DNA of 64,000 bases from Fimbriosthenelais zetlandica (taxonomy: Eukaryota): contig OZ365113.1 of assembly GCA_977030845.1 (NCBI GenBank), positions 12,834,001 to 12,898,000 on the forward strand, in the 5' to 3' direction. This document shows, in pieces, positions 21,634-34,036 of this stretch (positions within the stretch are counted from its first letter, which is position 1; each line of letters opens with the position of its first letter). The notes below the pieces were generated by a model. That model was not told the origin of the DNA, did no database searches, and was given only the letters and a program-made list of their open reading frames with translations. Made by a program: the position numbers and the translations under genes.

Positions 21634-23599
21634 CTGAAAAAAATGTAGCTTAATTAATATTCACATGTGTAAAATTTCCCGGGTGGGCCCCCTTAGGCCT
21701 GGATCTTCCTTCCCTGAGGCAGATCTACTAAGCCTCAAACCGCAATATATAGAAAGTATAATATCTTACCTAACGTGTAAGCAATTCTTCCATAAACATT
21801 AAACCACCATTCATTCAATCTTGCATGTACATGGCCAATTTGTACCATGAATTGGCTGAAAAATAAAATTAGAAAACGTGAATCAAGTCTCTGTATTTCT
21901 CGTTCATTGTGTAGCTTATTTCTAGGTCTCTGGCTGTAAACTTGTAGGCCTAAGCTCTCTTCTTTTAAATGTGATAACTTCTTTATGAAAAGCTACCGAT
22001 GGATTTCATTTTGGTGCTTTCATAGATCTACAAAGGCCCTTTGAAAATTCCAAGCGACGCCCCATCATTGATTGTTAGTTCCCGCTTTTGACGGTGGTGA
22101 CATTATCTTAGTTCTGTCATTAGTTCTGTCAAGCGACGCCCCACGATTGACCATTAGTTCCAGGTTTTGCCGGTGGTGGGGTTGCCGTACGGGGCCGAAA
22201 GTGACTAAATCTTAGTTCCTTCGTTTGCCGTAGGCCTACAGGTCGCCACCGGACGGTTAACTTTAATATGCTCGTTCCATAGAGGTTTACACCTCTGTGG
22301 CCTGCCAGATCTCTGTATGGGATGCCATGCAGTAGCGGTGCCTGGTGGCATTCTTTACTTAAAACGCCAAGGAACGTGTTGTACATTACCAGTTTCAAAA
22401 TTTCAATTAATGACCTTAAGGCATGCAGCTAAAAATCACTCCAAAATTGTAACTTAAGCTGACACAAACTAATCATCGGTTTATATATATTTTTGCTTCT
22501 CATTTTCCAATTTAAATCTCGAAGAAGAGAATCTAATCAGGGAGGTCATTACAATTTTGGTTGAATGCTAGTGGTGTACATTACATATTAACTTATTTCT
22601 CTGCTTCAAACTGTCAATGCAAGAACTAATTACCTATATGACAATGGATAGTTGAAGTAATGTGAGAAATAATGTGTTAGTTATGAGAATTTCAGACAAG
22701 CATTTGTATAAAAGCACAATGCATTTGCAATTTTATAATGGCCTCACACTAAACTAGATAACAAACAGTAAAATGCCGAGTACATTCATGATTTTCATGT
22801 TCACTGCTTTTATTTATAATGCTCACATGACTGCCCACTGTTCCAGGACAATCTACATTTGTTATAATTATTATTATGTGTGTGATTATAGATTTCTCAG
22901 CCCCACTGCTTGTATTCCATATACAAGTAGGAAAACAACAACAACGCTATCTCTTCTCATCTTCATTACATAAGATCGTCCTCTCTCAATCGGCAATATC
23001 TTTGATAATGGAATAATATAACCACACTACTATCAATACACATATGTACAGATTTCCCTTTTTCCATATATGACACATTGAAGATGCCATGATTACACAT
23101 AATCAGTCATTTCACTTGAAATATCATGCCATTTCCAGTTTGACTTGGTCCCTCACTTTTAAGTGCAGGGAGCAAAAAAACTTGTATATTTTATACAAGA
23201 TATTAAATTGTAACTAATTAATACATATAATATAACAATTCTTCTTATTACACTGGGTGTGATTTTTCAGTTTCCATGGCAACAGGCTCTTTGTTATAAA
23301 AGTGGTTGTAAAGAGACTAAGCTCAATTGTGATTATATTAAATGTAATTACCAGACTTATTTACACCGATTATTATCCAGCAATCAGAACCAAATCTATT
23401 GCTCACAAAATCCAAGTTAAAAAAAAACTTTGCCTGGCAAAGAATCAACTGTCATGTTACCTTCTTATGCTACATAAATAAGGAGGAAAACTTGCCAAAT
23501 AATAAATCGGGAAATTTCTATCGAAATCAACAAGTTGATTCTATGCATGACGAAGTGTGAAATTTTAACCAAAGACAAGGAATAAAAGCAATATAACTG

Positions 23600-24100
23600 C
23601 AAAAAAGGAAGTATTTGTTTGACCTCTTGGCGAATATTGAGGTGCACTATCAGTAAGGCGTATGTATAAATGTCATTTCCAATACCATGCATCACCTCCA
23701 CTCTACCGGACATAAATATCAAACAAACAATAATAAGATCCAAATGCAAGATATTTACTGACAATCCGAGACACTTATGAGCTTCCAAAATTGTAGCAGC
23801 GACCCAAGCTCTCACAATCGCCTGGCAATGCAACTCCATCGAGTCGTCAGGCCGGGTGATTTTCCCAACAAGCTGGTCCTCAAAACAAAAGTGTTTTCTG
23901 GGTGGCCTGATTGGGAAATGATGCCTTGAGAGGCACAACAAAGAAACTAAGAGGCAATGCCCCACCACACAGCAGGCAGGGTGGAATGTATGCACAATGG
24001 TGAGGCGTTCGGGGTCGGCCCTTTGTTGCAACCCGATCCCATGTTTTACGATGGATCCATTAGTCATGAGTAATTGGCCAGCATCTAATGGTTTGCTCAA
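23600..24100 (-). mobile_element. Decayed DDE transposase fragment (PIF/Harbinger-ISL2EU-like HTH region)
   Basis: EDQL followed, after a frameshift, by DCESLGRCYNFGSS*VSRIVSKYLAF, resembling the EDQL..L.RLR....DLA.RF..S.STVSRI helix-turn-helix motif; stops and frameshifts. Confidence 0.35.
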
Positions 24101-24639
24101 TGTTGGGCACCAAAATAATCAACCATGATTTATCAAGCATTTTTCTTTCAGAAAGAAATGCTCGTGAGGTAATATCGAAAGCAAGACTGACCATCACATT
24201 CTACATGCGAATTTGAGCACAAGGTGGGAAGGAATTAAATAAAAGCATTTTAATTCGTTTTGAAAAAAACTGTAGTACTAGGCCACACCCTACTTATCAA
24301 CACAGAACATACCCATGTTGCAAGGCAGGTGAACCTAATAAAAGCTTTTTGAAAATGAAATCATATCCGGTCTCCATGAGAACAGAAAATCCCAAAGGAA
24401 ACTAATGTGACCAAACCTCTACAAGCATGTCAAGTTTGGAATATTAGATCGTAACAAATGTGTGATTTCAATCTATACGATTACTCCAGCAGCTCATAAT
24501 GTTAAATGGCCAAATATGAAGAATTATCATTATGCTTTTTTAGTCTCAGTCTAGACTATATTTGCTTCGATTTATTGCAAAAATGATTACGTGGCCGAAA
24601 AAAGACACTTAGTCCGCGGACCATTACATTACTGGCGAA

Positions 24640-24900
24640 ATACTTCAGCCATGTTTTATTTCATGATTGAACGATTTCCCCTCCATTTCCGCTCACATCA
24701 TCCGAGCTCTCGAGCAAGGTGAATTCTGATTGGCTGTCCCCATGGAAACGTTCATTTCCTATCAACATGGAGACCAAATATGGCCGCGCGAGTTTGTTTG
24801 TCAAGCACTCTAACGGAGTAATACCATTAATTCGAAACTTGTTCGCCGAGGAATGTTTGGAAACTGAGATGGCGGACCGGTTGCCCTGCCAGACAGTTGT
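24640..24900. promoter_or_regulatory. CpG-rich promoter-like patch
   Basis: CTGATTGGCTG CCAAT box (~24729), X-box GTCCCCATGGAAAC (24736-24749), several A(A/G)(C/T/G)ATGGC(G/C)-type YY1-like motifs on both strands, locally high CpG. Confidence 0.45.
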
Positions 24901-26429
24901 GGATTGCTGCCCCTCGTTATCTTTCTCCCTAAAAATGTTGGCTATTAAGTCAACAGTAAGCCATTCTAATTGATATAATTTTCTAATATCAGTTACCACC
25001 CGGAATGTTCAATGCACCTTAATAAAAATGGGGAGTCAAAAAGCTCCACTCAAAACAAAGAAAAACTATTCTCGACGCGCACGCATGATTTGAAATAATT
25101 TTGTTCTTCATATGATATTGTGTCAGCCTGAATATAATTACAGACCAAGGAGCAACAGCAGATTGATCTATTATATTTCTTGTTCTGATATTTCTAAAAT
25201 GGTTGCACTGATATTGAATCAGATTGATCAAGTATCGGTTGTTCCTTTTCAATTAATTGTTCACCTACTAAGTTAAATTTTCAAGGAAGTGAAAAGAACC
25301 TAAAGTGAATCGCAAATAATGTGACATTGACTCATAAACACGTGATTAATTGGACTTCCTTGCATGTGTTTTCACCCGCACGAATTGTATATGATTGTAA
25401 TATAAATGGCTCAGTCTATCATCATAAAAATAAGTTGCTCGTTCTCAGTTACATGAAAAGACATATAATGTCTGATAAAATCACAAGATAACACTGTACC
25501 TTTATAAATGAACATATATACTGTGAATCCCCTATGCATACAATTATATCTACATGCTGTAGACCAATCACCTTGGTATTCAGTATAAATATTGAACTCT
25601 ATATAACAAGTTGTCAATAAGTTGCTTTCTTTGTTTCCTATATCTTACATGAATGGGTGGCAACTTTTTATATGATGAACAAAGCTATACTATTAAACAA
25701 AACATTTTAACTGTTTCCTCTAAGGAAAACTGCACCCCCTGTAAAAAATCATTGGCGCAAATCATGTGTATACATACATGTACATGAATAATCATCGCAA
25801 CTTGGGTTCCAAACATTTCTTGAAAATATTCTTCAAAAAGAAATCAACCTTTACACTTGAAAGTGACCAAGACACCAATATAATATTGAAAAGGAAAAAT
25901 CTTTTAAAATGTATTCTAGATAATAATGATATTACTCTATGCGCATTACGTAACATGGTAGCTATACATGACACGTCTAATTCCCAGTAGTTGAATCCTG
26001 CTCTTTTACACTGTTTTACATTAGCGAAAATCCAGATATTATTGTTATATATATATTTATAGAATATATAAACGTGTGTATATAATTCTGTAGCACATGC
26101 ATGGACGTGGCACTCATGTACAACTTTACAAAAAAATTCCGCGGAACCTCGCGAGTGTACGTGATGCTGACGTCACCATAACATGTGCACTAAAAGTTGT
26201 GTCATAATGCTCAGTCTTTGACAATCACAAAAATTAAATAAAAAGTACTTTTTGGATTCTTTCTCTTTCCTTTCAAAGTTGAGGCATATCCTTGGACACG
26301 ACAGGTCGCTAACTAAGTGTCCCTGACACATATTTTTTTCGACCAAGCCGTTTTGATATTTTTCCAAGTCCACCAATTGCCCAAATCGGGGGTCTCAGTG
26401 GAAAGAGAAATGAGGTCACATCCAGGATG

Positions 26430-26447
26430 ATGCCATCTAGTGGCTGG
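26430..26447 (-). promoter_or_regulatory. CTCF-like motif just 3' of the TOX stop codon
   Basis: Minus strand reads CCAGCCACTAGATGGCAT, close to the CTCF core CCASYAGRKGGCRS. Confidence 0.45.
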
Positions 26448-26545
26448 GAGACACCTTGACGCGTCTCACTCCAAAACACTGTCTTTGAGGCCTCTACATT
26501 GAGGTAAAATAAATTCTTTTGGAGGGTAGTTACAGAGGTTACTCT

Positions 26546-26609
26546 TTACTTGACCGATGCATACGAGTTGGTCGTCTGTCGAGCGGCCACCCACGCCGTG
26601 AAGACATCT
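26546..26609 (-). CDS. TOX: TOX last coding exon (DVFTAWVAARQTTNSYASVK-stop)
   Basis: cttttccttttccAG acceptor; phase 2 completes the Arg codon; DVFxAWVAxR is the TOX terminal motif; TAA at 26548-26546. Confidence 0.93.
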
Positions 26610-27336
26610 CTGGAAAAGGAAAAGATTAACATTAAAATTCTGAAGTTGTACCCTGGCAAAATCAAATTTGTAATTCCACCATTCAACCAGACTACAAACT
26701 GGAACTGGGAACTTAATATCTACAGCAGAACTTGTTTTACAAGTATTTACATAATTGAAATTGGAGTCAATATCAGACATTACTAGGGCCTGAGTGTCAG
26801 AAATATATCTCATACGGTACAAATATTGCACACCTTCCCTCTTGGTGGTTTCTGACTGTTGTTTCAAACGTTCAACACTGTGCTTCTATATAATGCCCAC
26901 CACTGCGCTTGCGAACTTATTACCCCAGAGGATGGACTAGAAATAAAGTCCGAATAATGTCTGGTTAAAAGAGGTGGATAATATTTCTGGCCATACTACT
27001 TCAAAAGCAGGAGCCAACCCAGTAAATGAGAATGATTAATCTTGACATCTTCAACCTTACAAACCTGATATTATATCTTAACGTTTTAATCATGCATGCA
27101 TATCTTATGATTTGTCAGAAGCTGAAGCAGATAAGCCATAATGATTCAGTATATAATTTAACTTATTTTCCTTAATTACCATTCTGCTTCCAAGTGTTAA
27201 TGTTCCATCTATTCCATTACTTACTCATAGGCACCCACAGTGCAGAAATATTATTAAAATCTTAAATGCATATGTTAAGCTGCTGTTTAAAAAGAAAAGT
27301 AAAGCATGAAAAATTCAAAAAGTGTTTATCACTCAC

Positions 27337-27479
27337 CTGCAATGGCTTACAACACAATCATTACTGCAGTATTCATTATCCCAGGCCGGATTAGAAATGG
27401 CTTGATTCTGGCAACCATTACGGATGCACATATTGGGTCGTGGACTTGTCATCCGACTGTCCATAGCGTATTGAGGCCC
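27337..27479 (-). CDS. TOX: TOX C-terminal Cys-rich motif exon (CIRNGCQNQAISNPAWDNEYCSNDCVVSHCR)
   Basis: Recognisable TOX C-terminal motif CxRxGCxNxxxxxxxWDxEYCSNxCVVxHC; ttgcAG acceptor and AG|GTGAGT donor; phase 0 to 2. Confidence 0.94.
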
Positions 27480-27630
27480 CTGCAATAAGAGATCAAATAT
27501 TACCAATATAGTTAAATTCAGAGTATTTGGTCCTTCTTTTACTAATTCAAGCCTCAGTACAATATATAAAACAGGAAAAATCACGGTTTCTTAAGACTAG
27601 GTCCTTAAAACAGTTTGCAGTTTGACCTAC

Positions 27631-28005
27631 CTGATTGTTCATATGCATGGGCGACCCCATGTGTCCTGCAGGACTGGACATACCCTGTGGCCGGTGTCCA
27701 AGTGGGGACATACCAGGTGCTTGTTGGTGGGGCACCCCTCCCATTTGATGGGCGCCGGGGTGCATGGCACCCATTGGGGCTTGATGGGCCATCATGTGGC
27801 CTTCAGACATGTGGGCCAGGTGGGGTGGCGACATGTGGGAGTTGGGCGGGCTGGGCATGTTGTTCGGGGACATGTTGGACATCATTTGTGGAGACATGTT
27901 GGGCATGGAGTTGGGTGGCATCATGCCTTTCTGAGGCATCATGCTAGGACCTTGGTTCTTATCTCCTTGGGCGTAGGGGTCCATTTGATCCATGCCAGAT
28001 TGCTG
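27631..28005 (-). CDS. TOX: TOX Met/Pro/Ser/His-rich low-complexity exon
   Basis: Tandem acceptor ttttcAG-cAG (28005 or 28002) and donor CAG|GTAGGT; phase 0-0; open frame from the ORF track (27547..27993). Confidence 0.88.
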
Positions 28006-31000
28006 CTGAAAAAGAGGAAACGAATATTAATTACTAAAAGTCACAGTTTTGAAAATGATACCCTGTACACGAAGAAGAGTTCAAGAGAGTGGCTAATTAA
28101 TGAATATTGATACTCGCATGATAAATTGGGGATAATGTACATGGAAGAAAATAAAAGCCATGTACCGACTATATGTATGTGAGTGATAATTCCAAGCAGC
28201 AGTCACAATTTAGCACGCTCATTTAACATACAATGGAGAGCTCATATCACCATCAATATCTGGAGTATCATAACTGATGATAATCCTGATGAATTATTCA
28301 CAATCAATCTGTGTTAGACTAAAACATGACCTAACCAATTCAGCAAACAAACCCTTCTTCATTGAGGGCTCATTGGTGCCAAGTATTACCTGGCTATTGA
28401 TCGGTGTACCAGTGAATATTTCTCTGCTCTAGCCTAGGGAACCCACGGATCAAGTGGCTCTAGTGGCCTAATTGAAAACACAAGGTAAATACCCATCCAT
28501 TGAAGCCTATGACAGGCGCTGTTTCCCCCAGCCAATATGCCACAACAAGCAGTTCCCAGTAATGTCCAGGAAACTTCCACACCTGATGCACAATAGTAAT
28601 GGCGTCAAAAACAAAATGGTTGACACATTCTTCACATGCAATCACCTGTCTTCTGAGAATCAGTTTCGATAATAGGATTTGTATTCAGAACACAAACAAA
28701 TTGATTATCCACAGACAGTGCTTTGTTCGGAATAATATGATTCTTCTATGATTTAATATATTTAGCTCTAATAACCAAAGAATACTCGGTTACTTTAAAG
28801 AAAATATAACTGCTTCCATATGACCTTCGCTTTTAAATGAAAATCAAATTAGGGGTTGCAGATTCCAAATCCACAGGGACACAAAAGGTATTCAAGACAG
28901 AAATATCCATTCCAATTAATGGATTCTTTTCAGCTTTTTATTTTTTAATAGGACTGAGTAATCACTTCAATTCAGGTGAGATAACACGTAGCAAAAACTC
29001 TTTATGCACCCAAAATGTTAAAAAGGCCTTTGCAGCATCAATCATGCATGGTTACTCCATTCAAGCCATGGGGGAATTTCCCAGCAAAATCCTGTAAACT
29101 TTCACCCATCTATCTAAATATGGCTGTCCTTAATTGCATTCCTTGCAAATTTCTGCCATTTATATCTACCCTCAGCCTGCTTTAATTCTAGTTTTGCTGT
29201 AGGATATTGGAACTAATTAACATTACGCAGATGGAAAGAACATGTTTCTGTAATCAAGGACAAATGGAGGAGATTGCCTGGGCGTTAAAATTAAGGAAGC
29301 TTCCTATCAGGAGATGCTCTCCCCAGATAAACACCACTGTGAATGACAATTCTCCTCATGGCTTGAATCACAGAACAAATTCCAGCCACAGTCATTTTTA
29401 GCTCCAGTCAAACTGATCTAAAAATCAGGACATTATATTTTTTCACCATCTCCTCCGGTTCTTGCAGGAGGTAAAGGATGGGGGTGAGGAGGAAGGGGGA
29501 AGGGGAGGGGGAGGAGGAAGGGGGAGGCAAAGCAAAACCATCTAGATCGGCTGTCATATTGCAGTGGTGATTGATAGTCACGTGACGGGCCAAACCCATT
29601 ACATCATCTTCCGGTCCCCATGAGACCCCTTCATCAATGGCGGATAAATAAAGGCACCCCCTGAAATGGGAATTAGCATTCGATAAGCGTTGAGCCTGGT
29701 GCTTTTTCCCATGGATTTGGGCCGGTTACAACCTATGAATAATTACCCATTCGAAGGGTGGGGGCTGCAAGCAAAAACATATTTAATAGATTCACTAGCA
29801 TGCATAATACTGGACAGATAATATCTTTATATTGTCCAACTGTCAGGTCTTTATTGGCAACATGACGGATGGGTGTTGATAGAGTATCGTCTTTTATGAT
29901 TGACTCAAGTTTTATTTTTCCGTCTCCTTTCTTGGCTTGTATGGAAAAAGGCGATGCATGGAGAGAAGTAACCATTTTGCATTAGAGTGAAATTATTGTG
30001 CAATCAAAATGCTAGTTCTTATCTTTTGATGTTTATGTCCATCTATTGTGTTTGTCAAGAAACGGGTGTTATCTCTTAAACCTCTGATTGCGTTTGCTCT
30101 CATTATAGAAAATATTGGTCTCCTTTATCGCTGCTTTTGATAAGCAAACTTTATGGTGATTACCGGGCTGAATGGATTTATCCTCTAATCAGCTCAATCT
30201 AATGAATCAATTTAGTTCTGATGGATGAATTATAAGTGTCTTGTTCTCTGTAGCAAGTCTTCTCTCTCTGCTTCCCGTCCGGACACAGATATCATATATG
30301 AAGTCATTTCGTAGAATTTCATGAAGACTTACAAGGTTATAAATCAGAGTCTATCGGCAGATGCAATGAATGTAATAGGCTATCTCGGCAACTGCCTACA
30401 TGACAAACAATCCGAGTCAAATGGAGATATATGGGAAGTAATTGCCCTATAAGATTCATATCTTTATGAATAGCTCCTCTTTAATAACCTTGAATTTCCC
30501 ATGGTAATCATTAAAACATCCTTCTTTTATGATATATAAGCAAAGGCAATTTCGTCAAATGGAATATTCAGGCTAGGATAAGGACTTGATCTGATAAAAG
30601 TCCCGTCAATTAATAACAGATGTAATCACATAGTTCATCTTTTGCTTGTCCAAATTGCTTTTAACTGACGTTGCTGTTTCCTCTATTGGTTATTCTTTCA
30701 AGACACATTTTAATGACATTATATTGATATACTTATATAACACTTTCAGAACCTAGGTCAAAAAGCGTACATATCATTTGACATGATCATCGCCTACGAT
30801 ACTGTATTTAGGACGTAATAGCCTTCTTGGCCAATCTCACTCTGTAGTGTTGAACAATGTTGTTCTACCGAAAAATAGCCACTATGGATTCCTCAAACTC
30901 CCCAAGTAAATAACTGAAGATTTAAGCAGGCACTTGCGTGAAATATAGATTCTCTAGTATGACAGCTATACAGGGCCTCTATTATATACATTCTCTGGGA

Positions 31001-32233
31001 ATTCTCTCCTATACATTCCTCCTAAACTCCTATATTGCCAGACAACGAATCTTTCAAGGGGAGAAGGTAAAGTGGGAAAAATCTGCATATATTCATGCGA
31101 TTTTCCCTCTCTGCAATAGGAGTAAAGCCTTTGGGAGATTGATATTTAAATGTGCCAGTTTTGCCATGGCAGGACAATACTTTTGATTTGGCCATTATTG
31201 ATGAGTAGCTTGCCTATGATGGATGTAAGAGGGCGCTAGCGATGACCAACAAGTGTTGTGAGATGGATGGCCGGTAGGGGTCAGCCTCAGACAGCCTCTC
31301 TTCCATCATTGTTTAGAGCCACTTGGCTCACACCCCTCTGTCAGCGGGGGATTATACACTCACTCACACTATACACACACCCTCACTCACACACTCCACA
31401 ACTGGGCTGCTAGCTCCAGTTATACTCGGATCTCCTCCGTGATTGTCATTGTTATGATCATGATTTCCCCATATTCAACATTCACAGACACACTGCCCTA
31501 TTCCCCATGGCAACTCCAGTCATTCCAAGCTGGAAAACCGAACCATTCGTTTTCAGATAAAAGTTATGAACAATGATAATAATTCAAATACAATGTGCCA
31601 TTTGTGATCAATCACTCTCTCCGGATTCCAACAAAAGGCAATAGTGCATTCAATGCACATCATTGCCCGGTCAATCATGATGCATTATGTATTATAGGGA
31701 CCATGTATAAATTAACCTACATCACTCGGATTACAATATTCACATCTATAATGACTCCTAAAATATACTTCAAAAGGAGCATGGATGTGGTAGTACTGAG
31801 AATCATTTCAAATCAGATGGCTTCCCCTTTAATCTCATTGGTATCAACTGACTGGCGGTGATTCGCTCCTTCTGAATGGATGTAAGATTGCAATGACACG
31901 TCTGCTGATCGGATCCCAATATCTTGATAAAAATTGGGTGACCCACATCGTTACTCACTCTATAGTGCGCGACAGGGTGCCAAAATACATCAGAAAAATG
32001 ACTGATATTTAGTGTTAATATGCTGTCAAATATGTGTGTAAATATGGATGATAGTTATTAAGAATTGAATGTCAAATTAATATTGATAACTAATGAATAT
32101 AAATGTAAAATAAAGATAATCCAAATTCAGTTTTCTTTTTTTCCCTTCATAGGATATATATATTTTATAATTTTGAAAGATGCTAAATTGTTTAGTGAGA
32201 GATGGGTATAATGCGAGTTTTTGTCATATTTAC

Positions 32234-32314
32234 CTTAGAGACCAGACTGGCACGGTAGGCAGCTAACTGTTTAAGATACTCCTTCTTGGCAGTCTCCGTC
32301 TTTTTCTTATACTC
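32234..32314 (-). CDS. TOX: TOX HMG box, second part ([27 protein letters not shown])
   Basis: ttttcAG acceptor and AAG|GTAAAT donor; 81 nt, phase 0-0; matches TOX [26 protein letters not shown]. Confidence 0.96.
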
Positions 32315-33900
32315 CTGAAAAGGCAAGAACAAAGAGGCAATTAAGAGTGATAAAAACGAGCTTGGGGGTCGGGAAATGTCAGCGTCAATGTGGGTCAATG
32401 TGATCGATTCATAATACAGCAGTAAGCTGGGTCTGATTCTGGGCCGGGGGAAGGGCAAAAAAATAAGGAAGGGGGATGGAAATAACATCAACATGGAGGT
32501 TAACTGATGGCAGGACGTCTTAAATAAGCCTAACATGGAAGCGGAATTTTTTTCTGGCCAAAGCGGAGATCCTCACTAAAGAATCATTAAAGGGTCGAAG
32601 TGGGGAAATAAGGTGCACTATTTATGCCAAGAACAGTTAGAGTGCATTAAGCATTGGACAATTCCACTTCTCGTTAATACAGCTACTTTTTCTGAGAAAA
32701 GAAAACGGTCAGAATATACCTGGCAACATACCCAGTCAATAGATGCTTAAAACGGAAATACAGGAGGGAGTTATAGGTCCTTGATTATAAAGTTCGAGCG
32801 GTAGCTCTAACTGCAGTGGCTTGCCTTTGTGTTGGGTACAGGCAGAAGGCAATGGTGTGGGAGGCACAGAGTTAGGTTCAAAACTATAGGGGGTGACTCA
32901 TGTGTAACCATGGCAACGGTTGACAATAGCAACACGGTTCATTGTGTCGCCCTTGGTTTGCCTGATCGAGGGCACGTGATCATCATAACCTATTATCGCC
33001 CATATTTCGGGGTCAGGGGAACTGGGGCTTTTCAATAGGATTTCTTTATCCAGGCCTCTAGATCAGTGTCATTTGTCCGGGTCACAGCATAAAGAAAACA
33101 CCCGTACAATTCTGATTTATGGACCCTTAATGCCAATGCAAAATCCATCTCGAGATGGCTAATGGATTACATAAATGAAAACATAGCACTGGCTTGGTTT
33201 ATATCCTGAAGAATTCTAACACCAAAATAATGCATCTTCTGAATCGAATTACCAATCTTTTTTTTCTTTAACATTCTCTTGTGACATTAGAGTTCCTTCC
33301 CCTTTTTGACCATTAGTGCAATAATGGTTTATTGCAAAAATAACAGACCTCCTCTTATTTCAGTGAATTTACAAGGGGCCATCTTGAAATGGCTTCATGT
33401 TTTGCCACATTAATATGATGTATGGCCCTTTGTAAACAGATAAGGAACCTTATCAACGAGTTTTACTTCCTTTCACTTCGCCAGGGAATCATAAAGAAAT
33501 ATTGCAATTATAGGCCAAGGCGGAAAATGCAAATCATAATGAAATGCTCTAGAAACCTGAGGCAAATAATACTGCTGCCATTTAAAATGATGCATGTCTC
33601 AGCATCCACTCATATTAATGGCGGTCCCCTGCCGTCTACATGACCTCTGTGCTTGACAAAAGAAACTGTATTCCTATACATGTATGTGATTCTCATAAAC
33701 CTAGACATAACGAATTCCACTATACAGATTTTAAATGAAGAACATGCCTTAATTATAAGGTATATTTGAAGTTAAAAAATATGGTATATAATTCCATTTT
33801 TCGAAGCACAAGACTTCATGTACTATTACAGTGCATTACATATTCATTAAATATCAATGAGGATTATGGAAATAACTGAGACAAGGAGATGGAGACTCAC

Positions 33901-34036
33901 GCTCTTCTGGTCAGCATCCAGGTTGTCCCACATGGAAGCAACAATCTTTGAGACTTCACCGAAGCTAGCGTTGGGATTCTGCCCCTTGATGGCAGCTTGC
34001 GTGTCGCGGAAAAATAAGGCATACGCCGAAACTGGC
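33901..34036 (-). CDS. TOX: TOX HMG box, first part ([45 protein letters not shown])
   Basis: Nearly the canonical TOX HMG-box sequence; caaccAG acceptor and AGC|GTGAGT donor; phase 2 to 0. Confidence 0.96.

Noticed and set aside
24661-24999. 112-aa and 84-aa overlapping ORFs
   Set aside because: No recognisable domain; better explained as a CpG-rich promoter patch.
25720-26400. Possible TTAA-type DNA transposon downstream of TOX
   Set aside because: The left end AAGGAAAACTGCACCCC has no convincing inverted partner.
27615-28110. Plus-strand ORFs of 110 and 162 aa
   Set aside because: Antisense shadows of the low-complexity TOX exon.
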